Origin: Macrostomum lignano
Taxonomy: Eukaryota
DNA length: 64,000 nt
Assembly: GCA_002269645.1 (NCBI GenBank)
Contig: NIVC01002707.1
Location: forward strand, 62,001-126,000
Direction of reading: 5' to 3'
Numbering within the stretch: the first letter of the stretch is position 1; every line of letters starts with the position of its first letter. Below are positions 36,970 through 50,200 of this stretch, in pieces. Made by a program: the position numbers and the translations under genes. Under the pieces are notes generated by a model. That model saw only the letters and a list, made by a program, of their open reading frames with translations, was not told the DNA's origin and did no database searches.

Positions 36970-39900
36970 ATGGCTCGACGTGGCACCAGCGCATTGAAGA
37001 AGAGCAGAGATGCCAAGAAGAAGCGTCAGCAAGAGAGTGCCGTTCAGCGAGAGGAGCGGCTGGCTGAACTGCGGCAGCAGAAGAATGAGCGAACGGCCAT
37101 GGAGACTGACGCGCAGCGAGAAGAGCGGTTGGCTGGACTGCGGCAGCAGAAGGCTGAGCGAACGGCCATGGAGACTGACGCGCAGCGAGAAGAGCGGCTG
37201 GCTGGACACCGGCAGCAGGAGGCTGAGCGAAGGGCAACTGAAACCGACGCTCAGCGAGAAGAGCGCCTGACGAGACTCCGGCAGGAAAATGCTGAGCGAA
37301 GGGCAACTGAAACCGACGCTCAGCGAGAAGAGCGCCTGACGAGACTCCGGCAGGAAAATGCTGAGCGAAGGGCAACGGAAACAGACGCTCAGCGAGAAGA
37401 GCGTAGATCTGGAGACAGAACTCGTGCGGAGAAGCGACGCGCTTCAGAAACCGAAGAGCAACGAAGAGCTCGAGTGGAAGCCGAGCAAATTCGCCGTCGA
37501 GGAGTGTCGGCTGGCAGGTAGGATGACATTTTAATTGGAGCTATATATTTTATAGCTATATAAAATCCAAGTGCCCTTTGTGCCTAATTCGGGGTATTTT
37601 CTATCTTAGCTGATGTTTTATTGGTACTTGGGCATATAATTAAAAACTGGAATCTGTTTCGTGCATTTTTTCTCATCTTTTCAAGTCGATTGCTTTCCAA
37701 GAGTTTTATTTAAGAGATCAGTATAGAATAGCATAAAATTTATTCGTCACTACTTTAATTACCGGCAAATGAAGTTGTGTATAATTTTTTTCCTATATTC
37801 CAGGTTTGATAGTAGTGAGTTGGCCACACCGTCTGTGGTACCTTTTGATGCGTTGCGCATAATTCGCATTCCTGGTGATGGGAACTGTTTTTTTTATGCA
37901 GTCTGTGATCAGTTGCAGGGCACTCCACTTGAGACCGATGCGGCATCTTTAAGACACGAGCTGACGAGCCGTGTAGTGCAGATTATGCCAGAATTGATTG
38001 AACAAGGCTTTGTTTTGCCAGAAAATGCTGATTTCATTGTTGATTCCTCTTTTTCTGAAGGCACATATGTGCCTGATGAAGTTGTTCCGCTTTTAAGCCG
38101 TTGTTTTAATGTTGATCTGGTGATTTATCAAGAAAACGGCACTGTACTGCAGTACTGTATGTCCCCTTTGCAGCCACCGATTGCAATCGTCCGAATTCTT
38201 TTGCGTCATGAGCATTATGAGTCATTGCGATTTGCTAATCCGATTCCAGTTTCTGAGCCCATTGTAGATGCAGAGGAGCCAAGATTAACTCAGCAGAGTG
38301 CAGGTCATTTTGGCGCAAGACCTGCTCAAGAGAGGTAGGTCATTGGTGTGACTGGTCATCATAATTTATTTGTCATCGAACTCAAGTTGTTTTATTCCAA
38401 TAAATTTTTTTGTAAACTGAAAGATTAACTGGGAAAACTGTTTGCCATTAATCCTTCCTAATCCTAATCCTTCTAATCACAGGCCAGAACGGATTATCAG
38501 GCCTGAAGCGCCAGCCCATAACTGTGGCCCAATGGACAGAGCATGCGACCAATGCGGTGCATTACTTTGGTGCTCTGAGACGAGGAATTTCTGCTGCGCC
38601 AAAGGCAAGGTGAAGCTGCCCAGCCGCACCGTGCCTCAAGTGCTGGCAGATCTGTACCTGGGGCGGCACAGAATGAGTGCCGAGTTCCTGACCAACATTC
38701 GGAGTTACAACTCGGCGCTGCACCTGACATCGCTGGGTGCCAAACTGCGGTTGGTGCCAGGCTGGTGTCCCAGCTTCATCATCAGCGGCCAGTTGCATCA
38801 CAACACGGCGCCGCTGTTTGCAGAGGATTCAGCTGAGCCCCATGGCTGGCAGGTGTATTTCAATGATCGCGAACTTGAAAGCCGCCAGAGTCTCAGCCAG
38901 AAGGTGAAGCCGGAGCTACTGGAGCTATTGCAGACGCTGCTTCACGAGTGCAACGGCTATGTCCGCAGCCTGAGGGCAGTCGCTCATCGAATCAGTCAAG
39001 ATCCGGAGTTGGGAGATGCGCGAATCGTAATTCACCCTGACCGTCGACCATCTGGGGAACACATTCGGTATGTCTGCAAGACATTCTAATAAGATATTTT
39101 GCGTAATAAATTATCCAATTATCCAATTTGTACAGACTCTGTATCCCACAAACTCCGTTCAAAATCAGGCGCTACAACTTGCCTACGGCGAACGAGGTCG
39201 GTATCCTGATTGTGGAGGACAATGAGAACACACCGGCCAGTCGGGACGTCGTGATTCAACTGCGTGGTGGCGGTTCCCAGAGAATCAGCGAGACGCACCG
39301 CTCATATGACCCGCTGGAGTATGTGCTGCTGTTCCCGAATGGCGAAGATGGCTGGCACCCAGAGTTGCGCATGAGTAATGGCAAGAAATTGACGCCCATG
39401 AAATACTATGCGAGCGAAATCATGGTGCGAGCGGGCCAGTTCAGTGTGCTGCACTATGGCCGAAGATTATTTCAGCAGTACTTGGTGGACATGTGTGCCA
39501 AGATTGAGGCAGAGAGGCTGCTGTATTTGCGGACCCATCAGCAGGACCTGCGCAGCGAGACATACAGCGGTCTGCGGGACGCTCTGTTTGCAGCTGATGG
39601 CAGGTCTACCGACAGAGATCCGAGTGACATAGGCAAGCCCGCGCATGTGCTTCTGTCTTCGAGCTTCGTTGGCGGGCCAAGGTACCTGATGGAGAGGCTA
39701 CAGGACGCTATGACCTATGTTCACAAGTTCGGTAAGCCGGACCTGTTTGTCACCGCAACGTGCAATCCGAAATGGCCGGAGATCAGCGCTCAGCTGCTGC
39801 CTGGACAGCGGGCAGAAGACCGGCCGGACATTGTTAGCCGAGTCTTTGAAATGAAGAAGAAAGCTCTTCTGGCCCAGTTGACCAAGCGCTATGGGAAAGA

Positions 39901-42900
39901 GGCCGCTCACGTTTGCTCACTGGAGTACCAGAAGCGTGGTGAGTAAAAATTCTGACTTGCAAGAATCAAAGTTTTAAAATTTAGATTTACAAAGGTTTTG
40001 TGATATTTTTTAATACTTTTTTGACGCTCCAGGTCTTCCTCATGTGCACTTTCTGCTGTGGCTCGTGAGCGGTCAGCGAGTGACTCCGGACCGATACGAT
40101 GACATCGTGTCTGCCGAGATTCCGGACCCAGAGCAGCAGCCTGTGCTGTATGAGCTGGTGAAGACGCACATGATCCATGGCCCCTGCGGCAAGGAGAATC
40201 CGGCGTGTCCTTGCATGGAGAATGGCGAATGCAGCAAGGGCTTTCCGAAAGAGTTCCAGCAGGTGACGCTGACCAGCGATACTGGCTACCCACTGTACCG
40301 CAGACTATCGCCTGAGATGGGCGGATTTACAGTGGACAAACTGTTCAAAGGCCGGAGCATTCGCATGGACAACAGGGAAGTTCAAACGCTAATATATTGC
40401 TTAGTTGTGCATTGCAGCTTTTGTTTCTGAAAGTTAATGATATTATTTTTTCATTAAAACAGGTGGGTCGTTCCGTACAGCCCTGACCTGTTGCTCCAGT
40501 TTGCGTGCCACTTGAACGTCGAAGTTTGCGCCACTGTGAAGTCGGTCAAGTACGTGATCAAGTACCTGTTAAAGGGTGGCGACATGGCGACGTTCAAAGT
40601 CGATGCCAATAGGAATTCTACTGAACCGAGAGAGCAGGCAGTGGGTAACCAGCAGCCGACGCAAACGACACGAAATGAGCCGCGGCGTGATGAGATTAAG
40701 GAGTACCTGTCCGCGCGCTACATTGGTCCAATGGAAGCCGTGAATACCATCTTGGGCTTTGAAGTAATTCGCATTCTAATTATTATTGGCTCATTTTAAC
40801 CAGAGCTGTGAAACCTCGTCATAGTATAAATTGAATTTCCATCGAAACTTAAAGGCTGTATATTTTCCTTCCACTTTCTGATCAGGTGCACAACAGGTTT
40901 CCGGCGGTCATCCGACTCTGCGTTCACAAGTCGGAAGAGCAGCTCGTGTATTTCAACGAGGGGACCGCAAGAGCAAAAGCGAGAACGCCGAAGGATTCGA
41001 CGTTGACGGCATTTTTCAAGCTGTGCCGTATTGACGAATTTGCTGGGTCCTTGCTCTACACGGAGGTGCCGTCCTACTTTGTGTGGCACTCCAGCGAAAG
41101 AGAGTGGCGGCGGGCCAAGCAGGGTGTGCGAGTCGATGGCCATCCGGGTGTAGTGCGGAACAAAAACGTTGCACGCATGTACACGGTGAGTCCAAGAGCA
41201 GGTGATTTATTTTATGTTCGAATGCTCCTTTTGAATGTTAGGGGACCGACTAGCTTCGAGGCGCTGCAGACCGTGGACGGCGTTGTGCATCCGAGCGCCA
41301 AGGCTGCTTGCATGGCCCTTGGCCTGCTGCAGCGAGATGATCACTGGCGGCGGTGTCTAGCTGAGGCCGTTCAGTCAAGAATGCCAAGAGCCCTGAGACA
41401 TCTTCTGGCCGTAATTCTCATATGGGGTGAGCCTGAGGATGGCAGCGACCTCTGGTGCAGTTTTGCCGAGGATCTCAGCGAGGACCTGCGGTTCCACCAC
41501 CGAGACTTGAGCACCGAGGAGATTACTGACCTGGCGCTGCGTGAGCTTCAGAGCATGCTGATCTCCATGGGCGGGAGAAGCCTGCCAGAGTACGGCCTGC
41601 CTGCGGCCTCCGTGACACCTCAAGATGGACCAATGCAGTTTGATACGGTTGAGCAAGCACTGATTACTGAGGCGCGCTTACCAATGCTGACAGATGAGCA
41701 GAAAGCGGTGTACGAGTCCGTGACTCAGAATCTTGTGGACGGCACCAGCGGCTTGCACTTCCTGGACGCACCTGCTGGCACTGGCAAGACCTTCCTGCTA
41801 GAGGTTCTGCTAGCCTTCGTGCGCAGCCGGGGTGAAGTCGCCCTCGCCGTTGCGGCTTCTGGAATCGCAGCGACTCTTTTGCCAGGTGGACAGACGGCGC
41901 ATTCAACGTGAGTAATTTATTGTCAATATTTCAAAAAGCAGTTGTAAATATTTCGTGTGCTGTAAATATGTTAGGCATGGTGAAACTATTTGTCTATGCC
42001 AGGTTCAAGATACCAATTCGGGCGATCCGTTCGAGCAAAGACGTGTGCGCTGTTGGAGCGCAGTCCAAACAGGCCGCTGTATTTCGGACAGTGCGTCTAA
42101 TTGTCTGGGACGAGATTTCTATGACAAACCGAAGGATTTGGAGGCCGTCGACCGGTGCTTGCGAGACGTGCGGAAGCAGGACGTGCCATTCGGCGGAGTG
42201 GTTTTCGTTTGCGCTGGGGACTTTCGCCAGCTGCTGCCCGTTGTGGTGCATGGGACTCGAGCCAACAGCGTCATGGCGTGTGTCAGCAGATCCCCACTGT
42301 GGAAATTTTTCCGGCGGCATCGCCTTACAAGAAACATCCGATTGCTGAGCAGTTCCGATTCTGCAACGTATTTGAGATACACCGAGCTACTCAAGCAGGT
42401 AAGTTTGTTTTCATCAGTTTATTTATTGGAAGATTTAAGGATATTCGGTTTCTTTCGTGTTGAGAGCTCCATTTAAAAAATTGTGGCTTATTCAAGAATG
42501 CCTAGCTTAAAGTCTGTCTAGCGTTTTAAATATTTGACTTTTAACTCCCCAGATCGGATCCGGAACAATTGAGCAGGATGCAGAGGAGAAAGTGTCTCTT
42601 CCTGCTGAGATCATCATTTCTGCGGAGGCGCCGCTCAATGATCTGATAAATTTTGTGTACCCATCGTTTGAGGCGTCAGTGGAGAGGGACGGCTACTTTG
42701 CAAGCCGAGCGATCCTGGCGCCGTACAATGACTCAGTGGATGCCATCAACGAGACGTGCCTGGGCATGTTTCCCGGCAGCCTGCGGGAGTACCGCTCAAT
42801 AGACAGTGTGGCCGATGAGGATGCCGCTACGCACTTCCCGCCTGAGTTGCTCAACCAGCTGGATGCCCCGAACTTTCCGATTCACTTGCTGAGGCTAAAA

Positions 42901-43317
42901 GTGGGTATGCCAGTAGTTCTTCTCAGGAACATCAACCCGCCACGATTGTGCAATGGTACGCGGCTCATCATACTCGCAATGGGCGAGAACGTGCTTAGAT
43001 GCAAGATTGCCGCCGGCCAGTTCACGGGAGACGAGATTCTTCTGCCGCGAATCCCGCTGATTCCTAGCAATGCGGACCTCCCCGTCAGTTTTAAGCGGCT
43101 GCAGTTCCCTGTGAAGCCGAGTTTCTGCCTGACGATTCACAAGTCGCAGGGACAGTCTCTGGACACAGTTGGCATTGACCTGTCAGTCGGTTGCTTCACG
43201 CATGGCCAGCTGTACACGGCGCTGTCACGAGCAAAGAACGCGGCAAATGTTCGCGTCCGGATTCCGGGAACAAGGACCAGAAACGTTGTGTTTCCAGAAG
43301 TTCTCACTGAAGAGTAA
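36970..43317 (+). pseudogene. Helitron RepHel gene (~1750 aa): ETDAQREERL repeats, OTU protease, Zn finger, HUH Rep, PIF1 helicase; exons 36970-37517, 37804-38334, 38483-39067, 39169-39938, 40033-40375, 40463-40763, 40886-41907, 42003-42398, 42553-43317
   Basis: GDGNCFFYAV...HYE (OTU); CDQCGALLW...CCAKGKV; KPDLFVTATCNPKW; EYQKRGLPHVH (HUH); KYVIKYLLKGGD; DAPAGTGKT (Walker A); WDEISM (Walker B); GDFRQLLPV; TIHKSQGQS; HGQLYTALSR. Splice phases are consistent. Lesions: donor at 40376 reads GGAAGT, and a 1-nt frameshift near 42130. Confidence 0.92.
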
Positions 43318-44454
43318 TTTATTTATCGCAAAAAATGAGGGGTGAGCAATAATTTTCCTTATGCAAAAGGCTAGAAATTATATTCATTTATTTTTAAGGA
43401 AAAATAGAATAATTATTTCCCCATATCTCTTAAGTAATAGCTCTCATTCTCTAAAGCAATAGCTGTCAATAGCTCTCATTCCTAAAAGAATCGCAGGAAA
43501 CTTATTGCCCCAACCTCATTTCTAACGAAGCTTAGATATTGCATGGCAGTGAGTACGAGCTAATAGCTGATGAACTTTATGTTGAAGCTCAATTAGGCTT
43601 ATTTTATTCATTGTATTAATTTTTACAGTCAATTTGCACTTTACAGTTAATTTGTATTTTAAGGCAATTTCATATTAGCCGAAAGTAACTTTTGAAACAA
43701 ACCTTCTTTTGCACTGCTTTTAATGAATTCAATCTTTGATGAGCAGTTAATTTTGTCTTTTATTTTTCACCTGAAATTTCATTATAATTCGTGTAAAAAC
43801 TTTACTTATTTTATATCGCAAATTTATGCAAAAGACGAAACAATTTTGTTTTTAGTTTTCCAAGGTTCGCAAAAACTTAACATTAGAGTGAATTTTAGTA
43901 TATGGATTTTTACGCAAACTACGAGTGACAGTCTTTTTTTCAAAAATCAAAAATATCTCAAGTCACCTGTAACTGTAAGCTTATAAAAAACGATTTGCAT
44001 CAACTTGCGACGGGGCCTTCGTCTTCCATATATTGAAAGTTGAATAATATACGAAACTCACAAGATGTCAATTTTAACTAAGGCGAAGGCCCTGAATGAA
44101 GCTTTTGTCTTACTTCATTTCTTAATCTTTGGCGAAACAAATATGAATAGTCTGTGGCAAAGCGCAAAGGCTAAGGAAATAGAGCCGAACTGATTGTTCT
44201 GACTATGGATTTGAGGGCAGGAATGAGCGAATCCGAGGGCTGCGACTATAGACTAACGTAGAGTATTAAAGGAACTCATCTGGTCACATGCAGCCATTGC
44301 ACACGCTATGTATACGTGACATATCGGTTGTACTTTTAATGCCATGTTCATAAGTTTCACTTTGTACTTTTCAAGTTTATTCGCGAAAAAATACAAAAAA
44401 TTCTTGCGTTACAAACGTCAAAAACGTTTAACAAAACGTTTAACAAACGTTAAA

Positions 44455-45130
44455 AATTAAAGAGCCACCATGTCTAACATTAAAGAGCCACCATGTCAAA
44501 CATCAAAGAGCCACCATGCCAAACATTAAAGAGCCACCATGTCAAACATAATAGGACCAACATGTCAAACATTAAAGAGCCACAATGTCAAGCATAAAAG
44601 GACCACCATATCGAACATTAAAGAGCCACCATGTCAAAAATAAAAAAGCCACCATGTAGAACATTAAAGAGCCATTATGTCAAACATAAAAGAGCCACCA
44701 TGTCAAACATTAAAGAGCCACCATGTCAAACATAAAAGGACCAACATGTCAAACATTTAAGAGCCACCATGTGAAGCATAAAAGGACCACCATGTCGAGC
44801 ATTAAAGAGCCACCATGTCTAACATTAAAGAGCCACCATGTCTAACATTAAAGAGCCACCATGTCTAACATTAAAGAGCCATCATTACATTGAGGTGCCA
44901 CCAGGTCAAACATTAAAGAGCCACCATGTCAATCATAAAAGAGCCACCATGTCCAACATATATGTGACTCCATGTCAAACATTAAATAGCCACCATGTCT
45001 AACATTAAAGAGCCACCATGTCGAACATTAAAGAGCCATCATGTCAAACACTAAAGAGCCACTATGTCAAACATAAAAGAGCCACCATGTCAAACATAAA
45101 AGAGCCACCATGTCAAACATAAAAGATACA
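44455..45130. repeat. Minisatellite, 23-bp unit, in the Helitron 3' region
   Basis: AAAGAGCCACCATGTCAAACATT repeated. Confidence 0.92.
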
Positions 45131-47258
45131 CAATTTCAAACGTAAAAGTAAGCGTCATGCCAATTTTAAAGGAGCCACTATAGAGCTAAGGAAATTGCAG
45201 CACTAGCTACTTATTGTCTGGTGGATGCTTACTATTTGGGGATGCTTGCTATCTGGGGGATGCTTGCAATCTGGGGGATGCTTGCTGTCTTGGGATGTTT
45301 TCTTTTTGCATTACACTTTATTTGAGCAGTTTGTCTGTTGTCTTTGTGAAGGCTTTATTTGGCTGTCTTTTTGTTACTTGTAGAGAACAGAGATTCTATA
45401 CAGATGTCCCCCAACGGGGGGCGAAGATTGCTAGTTAAAGACTAAAAATGTTCCTCTCTACGTCAGTTGACAAATCACTGTGGCTTTCTTTTGTATGAAG
45501 TGCCAGAAAGTTAATTTTTACGCAGTTACACTTAAAGACACAAGTGATTTTGAATTTAGGAATGCATTATTCGACGTTGTTGTCTGTATGAAGCCTCACA
45601 TGCATCAGCGAGTCGTTTTAACAACTGCACATCGAAATCAATCGAATTGTCATCAGTATTAAAGTCACACACGACAGATGCATAATTTTCTGTATTGTTT
45701 CAATGTATTACACCAACATAAGCAGAGGCATCGCTAAATGGGGGCAAGAAATACATCCCCGTATAATCAATAAATTTAATAAAATTTTGAATGCTTGTCC
45801 TTTTATTATCTGCAAAGAAACAAGATCTGATTCTGAATACACACAGATCCATTCGAATAAAACTAAGACAGAAAATTGTACAAAGGCGTCGTGATCATGG
45901 ATCGGATAAACAAACATATTGGATTGGTGTGTGGCCGCATCGTATTTATATAGCCTGTTGCATATTTATTATATTTGTATTAGTCAATACGCTTTGCAAT
46001 ACGGTTGTGGGACGCGGGGAGAACCCGGCTGATTGCTTTTTGTGTTTGCAATTCTCCTGGGTATTTTCAATTTAATACAACTTTACACGTCAACTAAATT
46101 AGGAATTTTTACACATGATATTATAAAATATAATTGTTTAAAATGCTTGCACGGGCACAGCTGCCGCGGGGAACAAGTGTGTGCTTTTGTGTGAGAGACA
46201 CGAGTTGTGAATTTATTGAAACAGAGCTTTAATTAACAACCAACAATCAGACACTGTCACTAATATATTACTACTCATAGTAACAAGTACGAGAATTTGA
46301 ACGGATATTAAAAAAATGCAAGGGTTTAAAAATCAGGCAACATGAAAAACAGACGAATAATATTACAGCACAAGATACAACGGGAGCGCAAACGGAGAAT
46401 TTTGGAACAGCTAAATCCGGACTTTGCCAGCTTGGGAATGAACAGTATTTGAACAGGCAAATTTATTAAACTTACAAGCTTTACTAAACTGAAAAACATT
46501 TTAGTTTTACAATAATTTTTACAATATTTGCTTACACGGAAAGGACACAAAAACGAAGATTAAAAAAGCAACAACTATTTTGCTAGCACAGGAAGCGGGC
46601 TTTATAATAATCAAATTTTGAATGACGGAGTGCTTTTGGGACATCGCCAGTGTCTACGCTTTACCAAATCAATGCTGAGTGTGAAAGAACACAGCTATTT
46701 ATTCTATATTACTTATTTCTATCAGTAGCATTACGATATCATATAGGTGGGAAAAGACACGCCTTGGTGTATAAATGAATTTTTGCCTAGATAAAACCCC
46801 AAGAATCCTAAAGCAGTAAAGGCTGTCTGTTCAAAGCAATGAAAATAACCTGCTTGTCTTTTTGGCTAACTAGGTGCGAGAGACATCAACTTTGCTGGTC
46901 TAAGCTGCAGACAGCAGAGTCACGGCACTAATGATAACCTAGCTTAGTATCATTTACTGAGATAGTGTGGCCTATCTAGCGTTTTAGAATCCCATCGAAC
47001 CCATTAAACACGTCACATTTCTTTCGATACATTAGCAACCTTTGAAGCTTTTCTGCTATGAATTATTACTAAATGAATTACTTATCTTTCGATACATATC
47101 GGCTAAATTAAGCTAGAAACCTTGAAGCTTTTCTGCAAGGAATTATTATTCAATGAATTACTTATCTTTCGATACATATCGGCTAAATTAAGCTATCAAC
47201 CTTAAAGCTTTCTTCAACGATACTGATTATCGATTCAATAATTCAGTTGAAGTAGTAG

Positions 47259-50200
47259 TCAGGCCAAGTCGCACACGCACTGGCTAACAATGAGGGCCGC
47301 CTCGCTGCCGGACAGGCAAATCTCGGCCAGATAGTCCGAATAGCCGGACACGAATAGCCTGGCCGGCTGGGCGTGCCTAAGCAGATTTCGCAGAGCCAGG
47401 GCCGCAGTCAGCCTGATGTGCTTCGTCACCGGGCCCTCCCGGCTGGACACTGACGAACCCGATGGCGAGGAGGCTGCGGCAGCGGCCGCCGCGGCGGCAG
47501 CGTTAGCAACCACTTCGCGAGCGGCCAGCCGGTGGATGGCGTGCCTGGCCGCATCCTCCGGCAGTCGCAGCATCGCCGGCTGGTTGGCATTCTTTCCTTC
47601 GTTGGCAATTGACGCCGAGGAAGACGACGGCGATAGGGCTACGGCGCGGCGACGCTGAAGTGAGGCTTGGAGAGCTCGCTCGGAACAGTGCGACTCCTGC
47701 ACGTGGGCCAGCAGGGAGTAGGCCCGCGCGGCGTGGGATCGCAGCCGCGCCACAGGCAGCGGCATTGGTAGGACTGGCCGCTGGACTGGCCGCTGTCCCG
47801 CAGGTGGCGGGTGTAGACGTGGTGCAGCACTCGGGCAGGCGTGTCGCCGCAATACCAACAGCCGTCCCATTCGCACAGGAGGCCCAGCGGAGGCTGCTGC
47901 GGAGTTGACGGCGGTCCGACAATGCGAATCAACTGCTGCTGCTGCTGTTGCTGAGGCTGCTGGGAAGTCGGCTTAGGCTGGGAGTCGTGACCGTTCGGCA
48001 GGATGGAAACGGAGGCGCCGTTAGGCAGAGACGGATGATGCCCGTTGACTAAGACCTGCTGCCGCTGCTGCTGCTGTTTGGCCTTGGCGGCGGCTTCGCC
48101 CGGCCTGAGGTGGTTCAGCACCCGCTCGATGACGGCCTCGTGGCCCAGCACTGCCGGGCTGTCCGCTGCGGCGCTTGGCGAGGCCGCGGAATCGGCGACG
48201 GCGGTGCTGGCCGGATCGCTCGAGCTGTTGCTGCCAGTCGCCTGCGGTTCCGACGCGGTCATCAAGCGCCCGCCGGCGGCCGCCGCTGATGAAGAATCGT
48301 CACTTGAGGACACGGACGAGCAGGAGTTTCGCCGGCGCGGCTGCCTCTGCTGCTGCTCCGTCTGCTTCTGGCGTTGGTCCTGCTTTTCAGTCAGAACTTT
48401 CTTAGTCGGAGTAGAAGCTTCTTCTAGCACCAGTTTCGAGTTGTCATTGTCCATGGTGGGCGCGGCCGGCTGCTGGACAATGGACAGCCCGCCGTTCTGC
48501 AGCTCTGGAGCGGCCGAGAAGCCCAGGTCGCTGGGGAGATTTAGAGGGAGGGGGTTGATTAGGGTGTTGTTATGGTTTTGGGATTGAGTGGATTAAAAGG
48601 CTCCTGATTTGGCGGTTTACTCATGCCTGACTAGGGTAGAATCTTACTCTTACTGGGTAAATATTCTCACGCCTAATTAGATAAGATTCTCACGCCTAAT
48701 TAGATTCTCACGCCTAATTAGATGAGATTCTCACGCCTAATTAGATTCTCACGCCTAATTAGATGAGATTCTCACGCCTAATTAGATAAGATTCTCACGC
48801 CTAATTAATTGAGATTCTCACGCCTAATTAGATAAGATTCTCACGCCTAATTAATTGAGATTCTCACGCCTAATTAGATGAGATTCGTACGCCTAATTAG
48901 ATAAGATTCTCACGCCTAATTAATTGAGATTCTCACGCATAATTAGATGAGATTCTCACAGTCACACACCTAATTAGATGAGATTCTTACACCTAATTAG
49001 ATGAGATTCTTACACCTAATTAGACGAGATTCTCACACCTAATTACATGAGATTCTCACGCAAAATTAGATGAGATTCTCACGCATAATTAGATGAGATT
49101 CTCACGCAAAATTAGATGAGATTCTCACGCATAATTAGATGAGATTCTCACGCATAATTAGATGAGATTCTCACGCCTAATTAGATGAGATTCTCACGCA
49201 TAATTAGATGAGATTCTCACGCATAATTAGATGAGATTCTCACGCATAATTAGATGAGATTCTCACGCATAATTAGATGAGATTCTCACGCATAATTAGA
49301 TGAGATTCTCACGCCTAATTAGATGAGATTCTCACGCATAATTACATGAAAAATGAAAATGTCACGCATAATTAGATAGCGTGAGCAAAAAAACGCAGCA
49401 ACAAAACACCGCTAAACCCGCTCACCCAAGCAGCGAGCAGAAGTCGGCGAGCGTCAGGAAGGGCGCCCCGTTGAACTGAGCGGCGAAGGCGCGACCGCAG
49501 TCGGCATGCAGCAGAGACAGCCTGTGCGGTCCCGGCGTCACACGGCGACTGCGCAGCCACCAGACGATGTAGTCGCGCAGATTAGGCGGCTGCTGAGCTT
49601 GAATATGATTAGACTGCTGTTGAGACTGTCGGACAAGAGCAACTTGCTGTTGCTGTTGTTGCTGCTGCTGCTGAGGTGGCGGAGGCGGTGGAGGCGGCAT
49701 GCCGCAGTCGTTAGGTGCACCCACTGCAGCAGCTGCCGTCGCCGCCGCCGCCGCTGATGCAGCCGCCGCAGCCGCAGCAGAAGCAGCCGGAGTCGAACCG
49801 GCCGCGGCGCCGGGACCCTGGAAGATCTTGATGCCGACAATGCCGGCGCTGCCAACCTGGGAGGCCTCGAAGGTGAGCAGCGACAGCAGGACGCGAAGCA
49901 GCTCCGGCGAGGGCGAACACAGCCGGGTTGAACAGTCGCCACCGACGCCTGACAGCCGATTGGCGGCCTCCAGGGCTGCCAGCATCAGTTGAAGATCCTT
50001 CAGGAGCAGCCAGGCGGCGAGGTTGTCGGCAAGATCGGCGGGCAGAAGGTCGATGTCTGACTGAAGGCGCTGCCAGTTGTCGGGCTGGCTGGCTAGGCAG
50101 CAGAGCAACTCGAGACCTGGTGAGTTTTTAAGCAATTTTCCAACTAATTTTTCTACTAACTGCCAAACTGACCTACTCAAATCAGTAACAATGCAAGCAT

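Larger units (their letters stand above)
35684..45434 (+). mobile_element. Helitron (~9.7 kb), autonomous-type but damaged
   Basis: Encodes a RepHel gene. Candidate 5' end TCCAATATACTAAAAATG followed by a TGTATG microsatellite (uncertain; not preceded by A). Candidate 3' end: hairpin CCCCCAACGGGGGG (45408-45421), then CTAG (45431-45434) followed by T. Confidence 0.7.
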
